A stretch of 64,000 nucleotides of DNA from Balanoglossus misakiensis (lineage: Eukaryota > Animalia > Hemichordata), in assembly GCA_040954595.2 (NCBI GenBank), contig CM082584.2, forward strand, positions 11,250,552 to 11,314,551, written 5' to 3'. Below the pieces are notes generated by a model that saw only the letters and a program-made list of their open reading frames with translations, searched no databases and was not told where the DNA came from. Both the position numbers and the translations under genes were made by a program. Shown piece after piece: positions 10,700 to 23,789 of this stretch; the stretch's first letter is position 1; the number at the start of each line of letters is the position of its first letter.

Positions 10700-13600
10700 A
10701 AGCCGCCCAGTATTGGTGAATCACCTACCCACTCATGTCGGGCGGCGTCGCCCAGGACAACGGACGGCTCTGCTGAGTCAGCCCGGCCCAACAAGGCCTT
10801 GGTTTCTTGAAAAGAAGATTCCTCCAGTGGGACCATCTCTCCCGCGGGCGGACGAGACTCACAGCAGGTTCCGACGAACAGCAATTAATGGCAGCGGCGT
10901 TCGACGATTACGACGATGAAAGAAAGGGCAGTATGAGGACACAGCTGACAGGGAAACTATAACAGCTATGCCAACATCTTGCCTCCTCTAGATTCATCAC
11001 TACACACCGCATCGAGCTACGTCTTCTCCAGAACCCGAACAGTTTCGAAAAAACGCGAAGTTTCCCTCGGCCGAAGGAAGAAAAAAGCGTCTCACTCTTC
11101 GTCACTCAGTCAAGAGCACACACAGCACATTTGGCCGGGATGGTAGTGTGAGATTCAATCGGACAGGAAGGCCTGGGGGTCAAGCAGATATACTTCCTTC
11201 GGCCTTGAGGTTGGCTTCCACCGCCCGTCCCGTCTCCGACGTCCCCTCGAACCTGCAACAGCAAAATGACTAGATTAACACGGACGTGAAGCACCTTTAA
11301 AAGAAAGTACCTGTTAATCATTAAACAGAGGTGATAACGAGATGAATGGGATAGTTATCACACAATGGCGGGAGAGCTTTTAGAATTCAGATGAGAGGCC
11401 CTCCTCATCGAAGGGAATACTATAGTGTCTCCTACAAGAGGAGGAAGCTTCAAAAGAAGAGCGATATTCTGTAACAAAATCTTTCGCGCACATTACACAC
11501 TTTAACAGCCATGGTACAACTCACATATCAACGGTTAGCAAGAATAACCCTTTTTCCAATTTCCGCCAAGAAGACGACCACTGAAACAATGTGGCTTTCT
11601 ATAGCCAGAGGCTTTCGATAACACACCACGCTGTTCTCATTTAAAAGGAATGGGTTTGTACAAACTGTTACGCTGACCACTCGCGTCACACGATAAACTG
11701 ACCACGATTTGCCAATAAATCCAATCGTTTTGGTGGCGTGTTGATATTCTTATGGAAAGGACGCTAAATATCGCGAGGAATCTGTTGAGATCTACCGCCC
11801 TGTTTGTGCGCATGATTATTTTTTTCAAGACGCATTACAGATAGCAGATTACAGATAGTGGTGGTACTTGGTGTGAGCCAGCTATGGGAACGGTTTTCGC
11901 GTGGGAATAAATTTATATCCGCGTGCTGGGAGATGGTGCTGGTCTTCGCGCATCTGTGCCAACCGGACATGGCTTCTCCGGGAAGCCACACAAATGCAAG
12001 AAACCTATCTCACACAAAAAACTGCCAATCTGGGAGACACGTACCTTTTTACTGACCGGTTATGTCGGATCGAGTTCCCTAAAGCGACTGCTTGCATGGC
12101 AACAGAGAGAGAGAAACCCGGTCCGAGAGGAATATTAATTTCCTCCTTCCTCAACACACTCCAGCTTAGAATCTGATATCCCACCGGTGCGCACCAAAGT
12201 TTTTTATCGGAGTGTCCCTGCCCAGCAGAGAACGACCGGTACACCAAGTAACAAATCGAGGCGGAGTTGCCGAGACAAGTGTGTGGTCATCTTGGCAGTG
12301 ACGCGCCGAATGCCAAGGAGTTGCCTCACACACGCCCTAAGTCGGTTCAAACTCCGTATGCTGTTATATGACAGTGTATATATTTGCTCGCTACATATTC
12401 ATGATATTGGTGCAAAGGTCCAGCGTTTAAGTATGTTTGCACTAGAGATGACGGTATTAAAAAGGCTGGGTTGAATTTGTGCCAGTGACGTTACATAACC
12501 GAAGCCAACATGAATTTTCCGTCTACCACGGCAGAGCTCAGATTTCAAATTTGTAAATAGATTGGCACTTTCCGGGGTAGTTATTTTTTCCCGCTAATAC
12601 CGCAGTGGAATTATCGAAAACTTGAGAGTGACAGTATTAAACATTACGAAAACCCCAGTTAAATTTCGTTTCAACTCGCCTCCAAACTAGATGTTGACCG
12701 CTGTCTCTCGTCTTAAACAAACACACCGTGAAAATTAATGGGAAAATGTCATAATGCGATGTGAAGTCAAACCGTTTTCCTCCCACTTTCCCCAGCGCGT
12801 CGTTTCCTCGCTTCGAACAAAAGCTGTATTTTCAACTAATTTTTTCACACCTACCTGTGTGTTGTTGAGATCGAGAGAAGGTGTGTGCCACGCGTCGATA
12901 CAGGGAAGGCGATGCGACTGAAAGCGTTCTCTTTGCTGAGGAACAGGTGTCACGCGTTCACCGACCCTTTAGCACGGTCGATATTGTCAAATGCGCCTCC
13001 CTTCCTACCAACAAAACGACTCCGAACCGTCTTCCTGTCATCCATATTCTGTTGTTTCGCCTATTAAACGTAGAATACTTGTCAGACCGCACAGAAGTAC
13101 TCTCTATTCAACGCGAAATCAACGAGACAGGAACGGGAATCATCGCCGACAATTCACCCGAGAGCTAGGGTGGCCGATTGACGCCTACAAGAAGCTCAGC
13201 ACACAACTTTGCAATTTTGGTTGATATGTACACATGCGACATGTCAAAGGCTGCACCATTAATCTCTCGGTCAAATATATGTCATTTTTCTTCTTTGTGA
13301 GCAAGATGTCACCAAACTATAGACTGTACAAACAACTCACGTTGTGACCTGTTCACAGTTCAAACACTCCGCCATATTGTTACCTGTCCAGAATCCTGTC
13401 AGCTCCGTCGTTGAAAAATCACCCGCGCTGTTCGATTTCTGATAAAAAGTGCTGCATTCATATATTCACCATGCAAAAGTATTTTTTTTACTTTACAAGA
13501 TATTCCTAAACGCGATAAACGCACCCGTTGTTGTTATTTTAACTTGCAACTCGAAACTGCAGAAATGCCATTTTCAATGAACCGAAAATCCCCTTTTCTG

Positions 13601-16414
13601 TCCTTTCTACGAGATGTCTCTGGTTAGTTCCACCTCGGCATTTTTTCTTCGCGGAAGGAGCGAACTAAGTTTAACCGAAGGGTTATCAGTAACAGAATGG
13701 AGGCCTCAACAACCGGTGCCATGGGTAAACAGCGAGATAGAGACAGGAACGTTACGTAACTGTGTACATTTCATCATGCCCCTGGTAAAATGAACATTGA
13801 GAAATGTCGACATGCGACACGAAATAATTGACAAAGTACTCGCAGTGTGGCTGTCAAATGTAGATGTTAGCGGGTTTTTTTCTCACGAATTTAGCTCTGT
13901 AAATCGATACAATCCATTAATTGTTTCAAAAGTTTGAATAAATTAAACAATCGATATTTTAAATAGATTAGTAGACGAGGGTGATTATTTCGATAATTTT
14001 TAGCCTGGAAAATCTTCTCGTCTGGAATCACCAAGCTTACAGCGAACGCGCTTAGGTGGCAAATATTTTATCGGCGATTATCCCGAAACGAAAACACAAA
14101 CATGGCGCCTTAAAATATAAGCCTTGCTGTGACCGTTTTCTCATATGCGATGCTGTAATCTATTACAATTATAACGATTAAAATCAAACGTTTCAATATT
14201 TTATTTATACCGAGTTCCTTCAAAAGAAAGCTAGGTTTGAAGTGGAAAATGAAAGCATGGAGAAACATCCAGAATGACTCAGCACTTTCTTCCAGAATTA
14301 CAACTTCACTGCTACCCCCCCCCCCCCCCCCCAACAAACGCCGCATCATGGCCAACCCAATACCTGCTGTCAATCAAAATGAACTGTGACGTCATAATAC
14401 TTGACGACTGACCACAACCCCTCCAACCACCACGTCACGAGACTGTGGTGGTACCCGCTGGAGTGTCTGGAGTTTTACTTGCGACTGTTTGCTATTACTC
14501 ACGCCGTTATCGACTTGCTTTTGTTGTCTAGGTGGGAATTCACGAAAAATGAGAGAGAGAAAATCAATGGGAGATTAAAAAGTCGTCGGCGTAAATGATT
14601 TATCAATGCTGCTGATGTCAGTGTTTGCAAAGATCCCTGGGAAGTCTCGAAAGGTCGTGGCTACTATGTAATGACCCGGTCCACATTTCCTTCAGAAGAC
14701 GTTTTGCAGAGATTAAGGTTTACGTCATGACATGACGCTACGATATCAAACTGTCTCGGTTCGTTTTAATGAAGTTCAATTAAACTAAGCACTGGCTTTT
14801 CACATCGCCAGCTCTGTGCTTGTACGCATTCTGGTCATTCTCATCGATTCCTCATCGAAATTCATTGTGTCATTGTTTAATTACACGGCAGCCATTGTGT
14901 TGTTATGCGAGAGACGGGAACGTCCCATTCAACTATTCTGCATTCGCGAACTTTCTTAATCCACATCCTAATTTGCTGAATGGCCCAATTGGTACTTTGA
15001 CATGTTCTGAAAAATAGAGGCGATAATTATCGGCGGATTCCGCGTTGTAACCGGTAAAGGGTTGGGAAACTGATATCGATCCTTTCATTCAAGGCTAGCT
15101 GTTTCAGGGTCGGTACACGACGTCTATCCTCGCTACCATGGATGAATTCCGTTCACTGCGTCGTTTTGTACTTTTTCGGAAACTTTGTGCAACGAATACC
15201 CCTTTTGGTAGCAGACTGTAACGGTTTACCAATGGGAAAAAAATATTTCCGTCGCTTCGCCGTCAGATGATATAGGTATAGGACCACGAAATATGCACAT
15301 GCGTGGAACTGCGCCGAAGAAAAAGGTGTACACGTTGCGATATTGTGATTAATCAAACCAGAGTAGTGTCTTCATATAAGCGAAGTGGGGAAAATCTCCC
15401 AGTTCTGCATTGAAATTTTATTCCCCGTTTTTACCGTCACGGTCCGATTCACCTTCATGGCATATTTGACCTTTGAACCGGGCATAGTCTCTTATTACAG
15501 CTTCATGTGTTCTTGTAAAGTTGCAAGCATGTTGCCCGGTCATCTTCTGAGCTGGGGGGGGGGGGTGCTTACGTGGCATGATGAATTCTCGAAAAAACAA
15601 AATAAGACCTCTCCGCTCTGATGAAGCCGTGAAGTTCAATGTTTTCGGGCGAAATTGGTGACCGTCATAATTATAAACAAGAAGTCAATCAAGTTGTTGA
15701 CAGGTTGCCGAGAGTAAAGCGGGTCTTACTGTTGCGTAAACACAATGTAATATTAATCCCCACAGCCGGGACTCCTTTTTCACACATTTCTGTCCACAGT
15801 TTAAATTCGCACCTCTCGCTTGGCATTCTACAAACAACCTGGAATCGAAATCACTGTGCCAAGCAAATTTAAAACTAAGAGCTCGTTAATTGGTATTAAT
15901 TAACAGTCAGGTGCTAAAAATCGACACCTTTCAAAGCAGTGGGGTTAGACTGAGAAAATAAACTGTGACAAAAGTGCAAAGGTATGAATAAGCCGCTTTG
16001 CAAATGGAGGAATTAGCGAGGTGGATGGTGTCAACTTACACATTTACGGTATGTGCCAGTGAAAGTCCCATCCGCCATCTTGGCTTGAGAGAGAGAGGCA
16101 CAGAGAGAATGACACGACAGGTTCGACAAGGCGCTGGAGCAGTTTGACCCATGGAATCTGGCGTTCAGGTAACGTCCGCAGAAACACCGCACACCACTGT
16201 ACGGAGTCGCGTTGAGAAATTCGGACCACTGAGGAAATGTATTTTGCATCGCGCTGTAGTTCACCTGGATGGCATCGGCCGAGCTATTGGCCAATTTTGA
16301 GAAGGTGCAGTCTGGCTAGCGATATTGACCACTGCGAAGAGTCATTTATCGACCTGAACCATTGGCGATCACGGCAAGTGACGCACAAGAGGTCAAAGGA
16401 CAACGACTGACCAC
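10700..16414 (-). other. Putative spliced miR-31 host transcript, with a candidate 61-aa small ORF (16078-16040 + 11252-11106)
   Basis: Consensus donor TGT|GTAAGT at 16040, acceptor TTTTGCTGTTGCAG|G at 11252, and CCAAT boxes at about 16286-16295 and 16361. Both transcript ends and the exon pairing are inferred. Confidence 0.4.
10915..10998 (-). ncRNA. mir-31: pre-miR-31 hairpin; mature 5p arm at 10984-10963
   Basis: The minus strand reads AGGCAAGATGTTGGCATAGCTG (the miR-31 mature sequence, seed GGCAAGA), a loop, then the complementary arm CAGCTGTGTCCTCATACTGCCCTT. Lower stem GATGAA/TTCATC. A CNNC motif (CGTC) starts 18 nt after the predicted 3' Drosha cut. Confidence 0.95.
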
Positions 16415-19400
16415 CTGTAGCACATGCGGGCTATCCCACAAGAGAGAAAAAAACCGCAACACAATCACACTAACAACCGACACATTTACCTGTCCAGTGA
16501 TATTGTTGGCCTACATTTTTCGACCGGCCCCGCTCTATAGTTCCCCCTTTACGTGTCGTCTGCATGTATAATCTAAAAGAAAATCTATATGTTATCAATA
16601 AGTCCATCTTGATATACATGCTTACCTTTTGGCGGGTTTATAGAGCTATCTTTTCATCAGTAACACTCTGGTTCTGTCGGTGCGCGGAAAGCGCACCACA
16701 ACTGGCCGGCCCACGCATTGGTACAGCCTGACACGAGTGTCCCTTTCAAACTCTTTCTTATTAAAATGACGTCCTTGTGCATTGTAAAATCTGTTACAAC
16801 TGCGGCCGATATGTACACCGAACACCTTCCACGAGTTCTCTTTTATACGAAAGGTCCGAGAACACTTATGCATATTAACGAGACAGTATTTTTTAATCTC
16901 CTTTCAGAAAGAATTGGGAATACTTTGGAAGTGTAAAGAGATATGGTGGTTACTATGCCGACCAAAACAAGAAACTGGGAGTGGGAAACAGGCCCTTTTT
17001 AGCCAGCGCAAACAAGTATCCGCAAAGTGGTGACAAAGGCCAAACAAAAGCTCTATTCAAAGCCCATTACATTGGGTCACATTGCAAGCACAAGCAGTCG
17101 ATTAATCAGTTTACTTTCTAATAATGCAGACCCACAAGAGCTTTAATTGACGATGCATTGTCTGCGCGCACTCTGACCGAGTCGTTCGGACAATTGTGCT
17201 GTACCAGTCTCCCCTGGCGCGCGTTTCGGGCGCTCGCCGGCCGCATCTCTCTACTCCCCCAAACCCCATTTACGCAATGTCATTTCTTTCCAAATAAAGT
17301 ATAAGTAGTAAAAAATATATAAAGCATTGTTTGAACCCTTTTGCCGGCGATATCCTGAGTGCCATTGAGGGAAAAAAAATTTTTTTTTGCCTTTGAGAGA
17401 CCACCACCTTTGCCCAGGGCTGTGGACTCAGAAACTTCCCGAGACGATGACGTATGCAGCGACGCTGGACGATCGATTGCGTCAGAAGACAAACCACAGA
17501 CAGCATTTATTTAAGGCTTCGCCAAACAATATTTCGCTCACAAACTCGGGGAACCCAATTTCACTCCAAGACATTGCATTTGTTGGTGGACAATGCATGC
17601 TTCGACTCTAAAAATGAATGGCTAAATACACACGTGTTTTATATCTTTCAACGAAGAGGCTTATCGCCAAGAATCTTTTCAAAGAGTTCAAAAGGTCAAG
17701 TTGTGTACATGAAAAGTTCAACTTGCACACCGTAATTTCTGGCCTCCTTGTTTGAAACAGTCCCCTCAGCAGCATATAGGTAAGCTGCTTTACCACCACC
17801 ACAACCACCATCATCATAATCAATAATCATCAATAATCATTAGCACTTTTGAGATAATTTCCTTTGGAAATTGTTGGTATGTTTATCGCCAGTTTCGGCC
17901 AAAAATCCGTGGTTGGTGTTGAAATGTGGGAATGTCCATCACGCCTGGATACAAATAACTGTACAAATATTTCAAACATAATCGCATAATATTAATTTAA
18001 TCTATGAAAAGATTTATATGCACGCACACGCTACTGACACCTCCTGGATTGCGAAAATGAAACCGCTTTGCCTATAGATACAAATTTGCAACACGGACAG
18101 ATTTTTGAAAACGAAGTTTGTTGAAAATAACTTAGTCCGTGTATGCAGGACACTTGTGTCGTAATAGGAACATTCGAGATGTACCTGAGTCATGGTTCGT
18201 GGGAAGGACAAATACTAGTTTTACACCACACGACGTGCCTGTACCCGTCATCACGTCGAGATCTCAACATCTTTATGTTATGTCCCCATGATGGCCAAGC
18301 TCGATTTATTTTGTCTTCCAAAATGCTCTGCAAATAAAACTGACAAAATTCCCACTTCATGTTCTCTATTTTGAAGGTGTGAAACCAACGAATTCGACGG
18401 AGTCGTGATTGGCCTTTCCAAGAAGAAGAAGAAGAAGCGATGCAATGGAAGTGGTAGAAGGATATTGTTCTTCCTACTTCTCTCTTCAAGGGGCTTTACA
18501 GAAAGATAGACGGCAGCTTAATCTTATTTCATTAAGTTTGTTTGCAACATAACAGACAGAGTTCTAGTGAATATTAACACCACTTTGCAGCTTGAATGTG
18601 AATGTTTACGAAAGTGACGGGAAAAAGCTCGTGTCTTAACAAAATTCCAGACGACAAGCGCTAAGAAACACTGCACTATCGCGAGAATTCCGACGCTAGA
18701 CTAACCAAATAACGCATAATGGGATTTTAGAGCACACACACAACATGCGTGTACATGCGTACTGGAATAAATCCAATGTATCTCTGTTACCATGGCAAAT
18801 TGTCTTCAGGAGTCTATTAAACCCAAGCGAAGAGCAAATTTTTCTCGACAGCGAGTGTAGCCATCGACGCAGTGTTGTTGGCATGGCATGATAGTTTGAT
18901 TAGTTAATAATTAATAAATCGATAAATGCAAAGGAAATTAGTTTGTTTTATATTATTATGTGTACATGTATTTTAAATATGCACATTTAATTTTGTTGCT
19001 GTATTTAACAAAATATTCTAGATGGTATATTCGCAAGGATTAAAAAACTGTGGCTGGCGACGAAAGCAATATGCTCAAATAGACGACAGATATGGTCTAC
19101 AATCATCTCTGTAGTAAAATTTTGGTAAAATTGAATGAAGCAGCTGTGTGTGAAATCGAATGCCATCTCCAGTCACCTCGGGCGTTCCCCATGGGCAAGA
19201 CACCTCTTCAGTTGCGCTTTCCATTCATTCCAGTGACAATAGTGTTTGCTTTACTGCCACACGTACATACACCCATGGGGAGAAACACAACGTGTCCGCG
19301 ACCACCTATAACATTCGACCCACGCACATTCCTGGACGAATCTTAACTCCTTGCCCTTTCTCTTCCTCTTTCTTTCTTTCTTTCCCATTTCATGTGTTAC

Positions 19401-21017
19401 CGTCATTCCATCTTTACTGTTGTATCCCTCCACAGTATACAAAACTGAGACAGTTTGTCTTTCTTACAAGAAATTAATTAGCGCACTGGTGTCAAAACCT
19501 TTTTTCCCTTTTAATTTTAGTTCTTCATTTGGGAGGAGAAGATGGCGCTCCTGCAGTGTCGCAGCTCATCTGACGAATTATCGTTTGCGGGCGCTCTCAT
19601 AACATTTTTCTGAAATTTCAAGGCAGCACAAAATGCCAGCACACGCACGCTCGTTAGAGGACGCTCTTTGACATTCAACTGCCACCATCGCCTGAAACTT
19701 ATACTATCACCATTGTATGTAAATTAACCGTGACATCACCGACACTTATTGCTTTGCACTGATTGCTTTATTTCAGTGCTTGTTGATCTATCAAAGAGGT
19801 AACAGCAAGGAAAAACAGTCGTGCGAAAAAATAAGGTAAGAGTTATACCCTTTGACCATTCACAGATTGATTGCAAAATAAGTAGCGATCGAGTATTTAA
19901 AGTCAGCCGTCATTACAGGTAACAGGTGATATTATAACAAGTCTTAAAAGTGCGCATGTACCTGCAGAGGGGTGTAATACATCCGTGTCTATTTACTTTG
20001 CACGACATGACTAAAATTTAACAGGTTGAGAGTATGCGTTCGCTTTACCTTTTAAAAAACACAAACAGACGCCCGTTAAGTCTCTCATCTTCTTTCTTTC
20101 ACAATTTGCGCTATCTGCATGTCAAGGCCGTCGATCTTGTTTTCATCTTTTCGCCAAGCTCTGTTGACCGAAAAGAAATTTGCATACAATGTCCTATGTG
20201 TATTTTCTTATTGGGGCACTGGTCGTAGAGTTGTGCAGCATTGATTCTACACATTTGAAGATTTCTTTGCAATCGTGAATCACCTGAGGCCCAGTAATGC
20301 ATTTAGACGCTTTATCGCTTTATTCTGTCAAAATCTGTCTGTTCGTTTTCTTCATTGGCTTCTTATGCAGCAGTGAGAGCGTAACAGTGGGGCATTCTGT
20401 TAGGTTACGCTTTTCATTAGCTAGTGGCTAACCACATCATACGATAAGCCTATAAACATTGATAACATTGTTTACATAACCAGAACAATACAAGTCAGCA
20501 GTAATTTCTACCCGCAAAAAATGACGGCTACTGATACCCCCCCCCCCCCCAAGTCAATAACATGACTTTCTAGGCCAATATATGATAATCATCATACAAG
20601 GCAAAATATCTTCCGTTTCTACCTCCATGCCAAAAATGGACCAGTGACTAGACTTCTACAGCAGCGCGTCTGGGATGGGTGGTCTGTGTGGGTTCCGACA
20701 GGGGGGTTCCGATAAGCATCTCCCGAGGCCATAAGGGTATATCAAAATTTATTGACATCGAAATGACGAACGGGTGACATACAATGCGACACTCGAACCG
20801 CATGATCAGCCCGTGCGTTTCAGCCATGTGACAACTGTGTTTGTGGTCAGATCGTTATCTACAGACGGCCACCAGATTAGATAGAACCGTGTTGACACAA
20901 CCAATAGTACTACATGTAGACATGCATGATGTAGACAGCCAGAAGTGAACCATAAACGTTTTGTGTTTGCTACTTTGAAATAAAACCACCATCATTTATT
21001 TCTTGCAGGGCCGCATA

Positions 21018-23212
21018 ATGGGTCACCAAGGTATGCTACTGGCTGCCTTGCTGTCTCTGGCCGCATTGGTGAACAGCGTCCCGTCCTTCTACAGCCGTGG
21101 TTGCACTGCCCCAGAACCATGGACTGTGAACGGGACCGATCCAATGTTGGCCAGCAGAGGCAAGGTAGTCGTGGTGGCGCTCCTCAGCGCTAGCTGACAG
21201 TTCTGTCGGTTGCAGGCTTCCAGGTAAATAATGCTGAGTTTATCTACTATAAAGTATAATTTAACATGTCAATTACTGAGAAGTCTTTTTCACCAAGTCC
21301 AATTTCGTTGATCATTTCATATCTCTTACCAGTAAACATTGCGTACGTGTATTTATGCATTTACTTACTTATTTACTCATTTATTTGTATTTTAAAGTTT
21401 GGAAGTGCTGCAACAACACTTTCTCTCTCAAGGCATGGATGAGCTTAGCGTCTTCATCGTAAACGACAAGACCCTGAGCTCCCAGTTGACCGTTGGAGAG
21501 TTGAAGAATCGTGTGAGTTTCCCAGTGTATCAAGAACGCTACGAACACAGGATCTGGGAGCAACTGAGTGGGAAAAAAGATGACATTATCGTCTACGACA
21601 GGTATTGTAATGTGTGATTACGATTTCACTCAGTGAAAGTGTGCAATATCATGATTCAGTATTGAAATCACATGTTCCTTACCTGAGATAGACGTGACCG
21701 CATGATCACGTCGAAAAAATTGCGCATGCCCAGTTACATCGATGATCATGTTATGACGTCATCTATCCACAGGTGTGGTAGACTGGTCGACCATCTACGA
21801 CTTCCATACAGTTACCTTGCTTACGACTACGTCAGGGAAACTATAGTCCGCGCGTACTACGAGATGCCGTGTGGTCCGTGCGAGAATGCCAACGACAGGA
21901 CCGCCGAGCCCGTAGTTGTTGACGTGTTGGTGCCCGAAGAAGAACAGGCTGACAACGAGGCTGTAAGTACTGTCAGCTACAGTGAAAATTAAGTCACGTG
22001 ACGAGCCGGAGAGTGGGAAATCAGAAAAATGATCAAAGTGAAATTATCATAATGCAATCCGAATTTAAAGTTTTCTTCGCTGTCCTCCCTCAAAACAACA
22101 ACTGAAGGTCGGGTTTTCATGTACTGTCGTGGCAGACTGACGTGAGAATGATTTTCTTTCATTTTATCAAGATCACGTATCTGATCGAGTTGGAGTATGA
22201 AGTCCAGGAGTTGGGCGAAAAAATCAGAAGACGCCAAGAGCAGAAAGAGAATGGCGAGTGGGAAGGCGACGAATTCGACGAGGAGTTTGAATCCGAGGAA
22301 GAAGAATTTGAGAGAATGGAGTGGGAAGAAGGAAAGAGCCGTTCATCGGAGGAAGGAGACAGCAGCAGCAGCAGCAGCAGCAGTAGCAGTAGCAGCAGCA
22401 GTAGCAGTAGCAGCAGCAGTAGCAGTAGCAGCAGTTCTTCCGAAGAATCAGGCAGCAGGAGCTCGAGCAGTTCATCGGAAGAGATGGAGAGCCGAAACCG
22501 CTCCTCTTCCGCGATGAACGATACGAGCAGTTCTTCCGAGGAAGACAGTAGCCACAGCCGTTCATCCGAAGAGGGAGAGAGCAACAGCCGCTCGTCCGAA
22601 GAGAAAGATAGCAACAGCCGCTCGTCCGAAGAGAAAGATAGCAACAGCCGCTCGTCCGAAGAAGAGGGAGGACGGTTGAAAAATAAGTCGAAACTGAGGT
22701 ATCTTACGTCCTACGAAGTGAGGAAGGAATTCGGTAGCAACAGTTTCAAGATGTCAAAATCTGACGAACGCAAAGATGACGACAAGGACTGGTGGAAGGT
22801 AGACCGCTGGTCCGACGACAGGGACGATGTCGGTGAAAGATCGTCAAATTCCGACGAAGAAGGCAAAGACGACAAAGACTGGAGGAAAGTGAAGAAGTGG
22901 TCTGGCATGGAAGACGACAGCGACGAGGATGAAGAGTCCAGCGAGGAAAAGAGCGACGAAGATGACGTTGAAGACGACCACATTCCGAACCAAACAAAGA
23001 CATCGAAAGAAAGCGGCAGCGACGAAGATGACGACGACGACGAATCAAGAGAAGACCTCGAAGACGAAAGGCTGATCACGGAGCATCTAGGCCACGACCA
23101 GACCTTCCCGACGGAGAGATGACAGGAGACACAGCACAGCGAGGTCACCTGACAGAAGCTGCAACAGCTCGGTCTGAGTGACATCTGATGCCAGTGATGC
23201 TGATGAAACTAA
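21018..23212 (+). CDS. SELENOP: Selenoprotein P, 546 aa, 7 predicted selenocysteines, 4 coding exons
   Basis: Exons 21018-21223, 21398-21601, 21773-21962, 22172-23212 (1641 nt). Signal peptide; VVVALLSAS-U-QFC (UxxC, TGA at 21195); family motifs GKKDDIIVYDRCGRLV, LPYSYL and CGPC. Further in-frame TGA at 23120, 23150, 23186, 23195, 23201 and 23204; TAA at 23210-23212. Two SECIS elements downstream. Confidence 0.95.
22361..22441 (+). repeat. Coding AGC/AGT microsatellite encoding 27 consecutive serines
   Basis: 25 AGY codons followed by TCT TCC, in frame in SELENOP exon 4. Confidence 0.95.
22550..22663 (+). repeat. 30-bp coding tandem repeat, about 4 copies (SNSRSSEEKD)
   Basis: agcaacagccgctcgtccgaagagaaagat is exact at 22580 and 22610, partial at 22640 and diverged at 22550. 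Confidence 0.92.
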
Positions 23213-23357
23213 ATATCGCAAGGGATTGTGGGTAGGGGAGCCCCCTCCACTAGCCACGCACTTCCTTTGCGGTATGTGACTTTCACAGCATCCGGTAAAA
23301 TAGTTGTTGAGTACAGAAATGTACCCAAAAGAATGTTCGGGTCAAAGCTGCCACGAC

Positions 23358-23425
23358 TCCACCGGACGAATGAAAGTTCCAGGCAAAACTCGACAGAGTC
23401 CCTGGAGCCGGATGTTACCGCTGGA
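23358..23425 (+). promoter_or_regulatory. SECIS element 1 of SELENOP
   Basis: ATGAA (23370-23374), stem GTTCCAGG/CCTGGAGC, unpaired AAA, apical mini-stem ACTC/GAGT, GGAT (23410-23413), lower helix TCCA-CGG/CCG-TGGA. Confidence 0.88.
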
Positions 23426-23789
23426 CTGTGGTGGCAGTGTTGACCCTAACGATGACACCATCATCTCTACTAAACGCCCCTGTCATAACTCTTGTCATAT
23501 CATCACTTTGCCCTTCATCATTTTAAGAAAAATAAATGTAAGCCTAGTATTTCATACTGGGTGGACTCTATATCAAGATTTTACATAATGATTTGGAACT
23601 AAACAGTATGTGTTTCTACATGATTTTGTCGATTTTGATTTCCCCATCTAAATAACGTACAATTCAAACTTAAGATTGAATGTCTAGATTGATATTTCTA
23701 TTTTCTTGATAATTTGTAAAAGAAGTGAATGGTTAGAGATCTTCCATTGTAGTACCTCGTTTCAGCGGAGAACACCGTTTTGGTTCAAC

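Noticed and set aside
12291-12317. CTTGGCAGTG...TGCCAAG mini-hairpin carrying a miR-34-like seed
   Set aside because: The stem is only 7 bp and the rest of the miR-34 sequence is absent.
22159-23184. Long minus-strand and alternate-frame ORFs (poly-Leu, poly-Cys, poly-Ala, poly-Ser)
   Set aside because: They are shadows of the low-complexity SELENOP exon 4 and its AGY repeat.
23228-23295. Hairpins just after the SELENOP stop as a third SECIS
   Set aside because: They lack the ATGA..GA core and the apical AA spacing.
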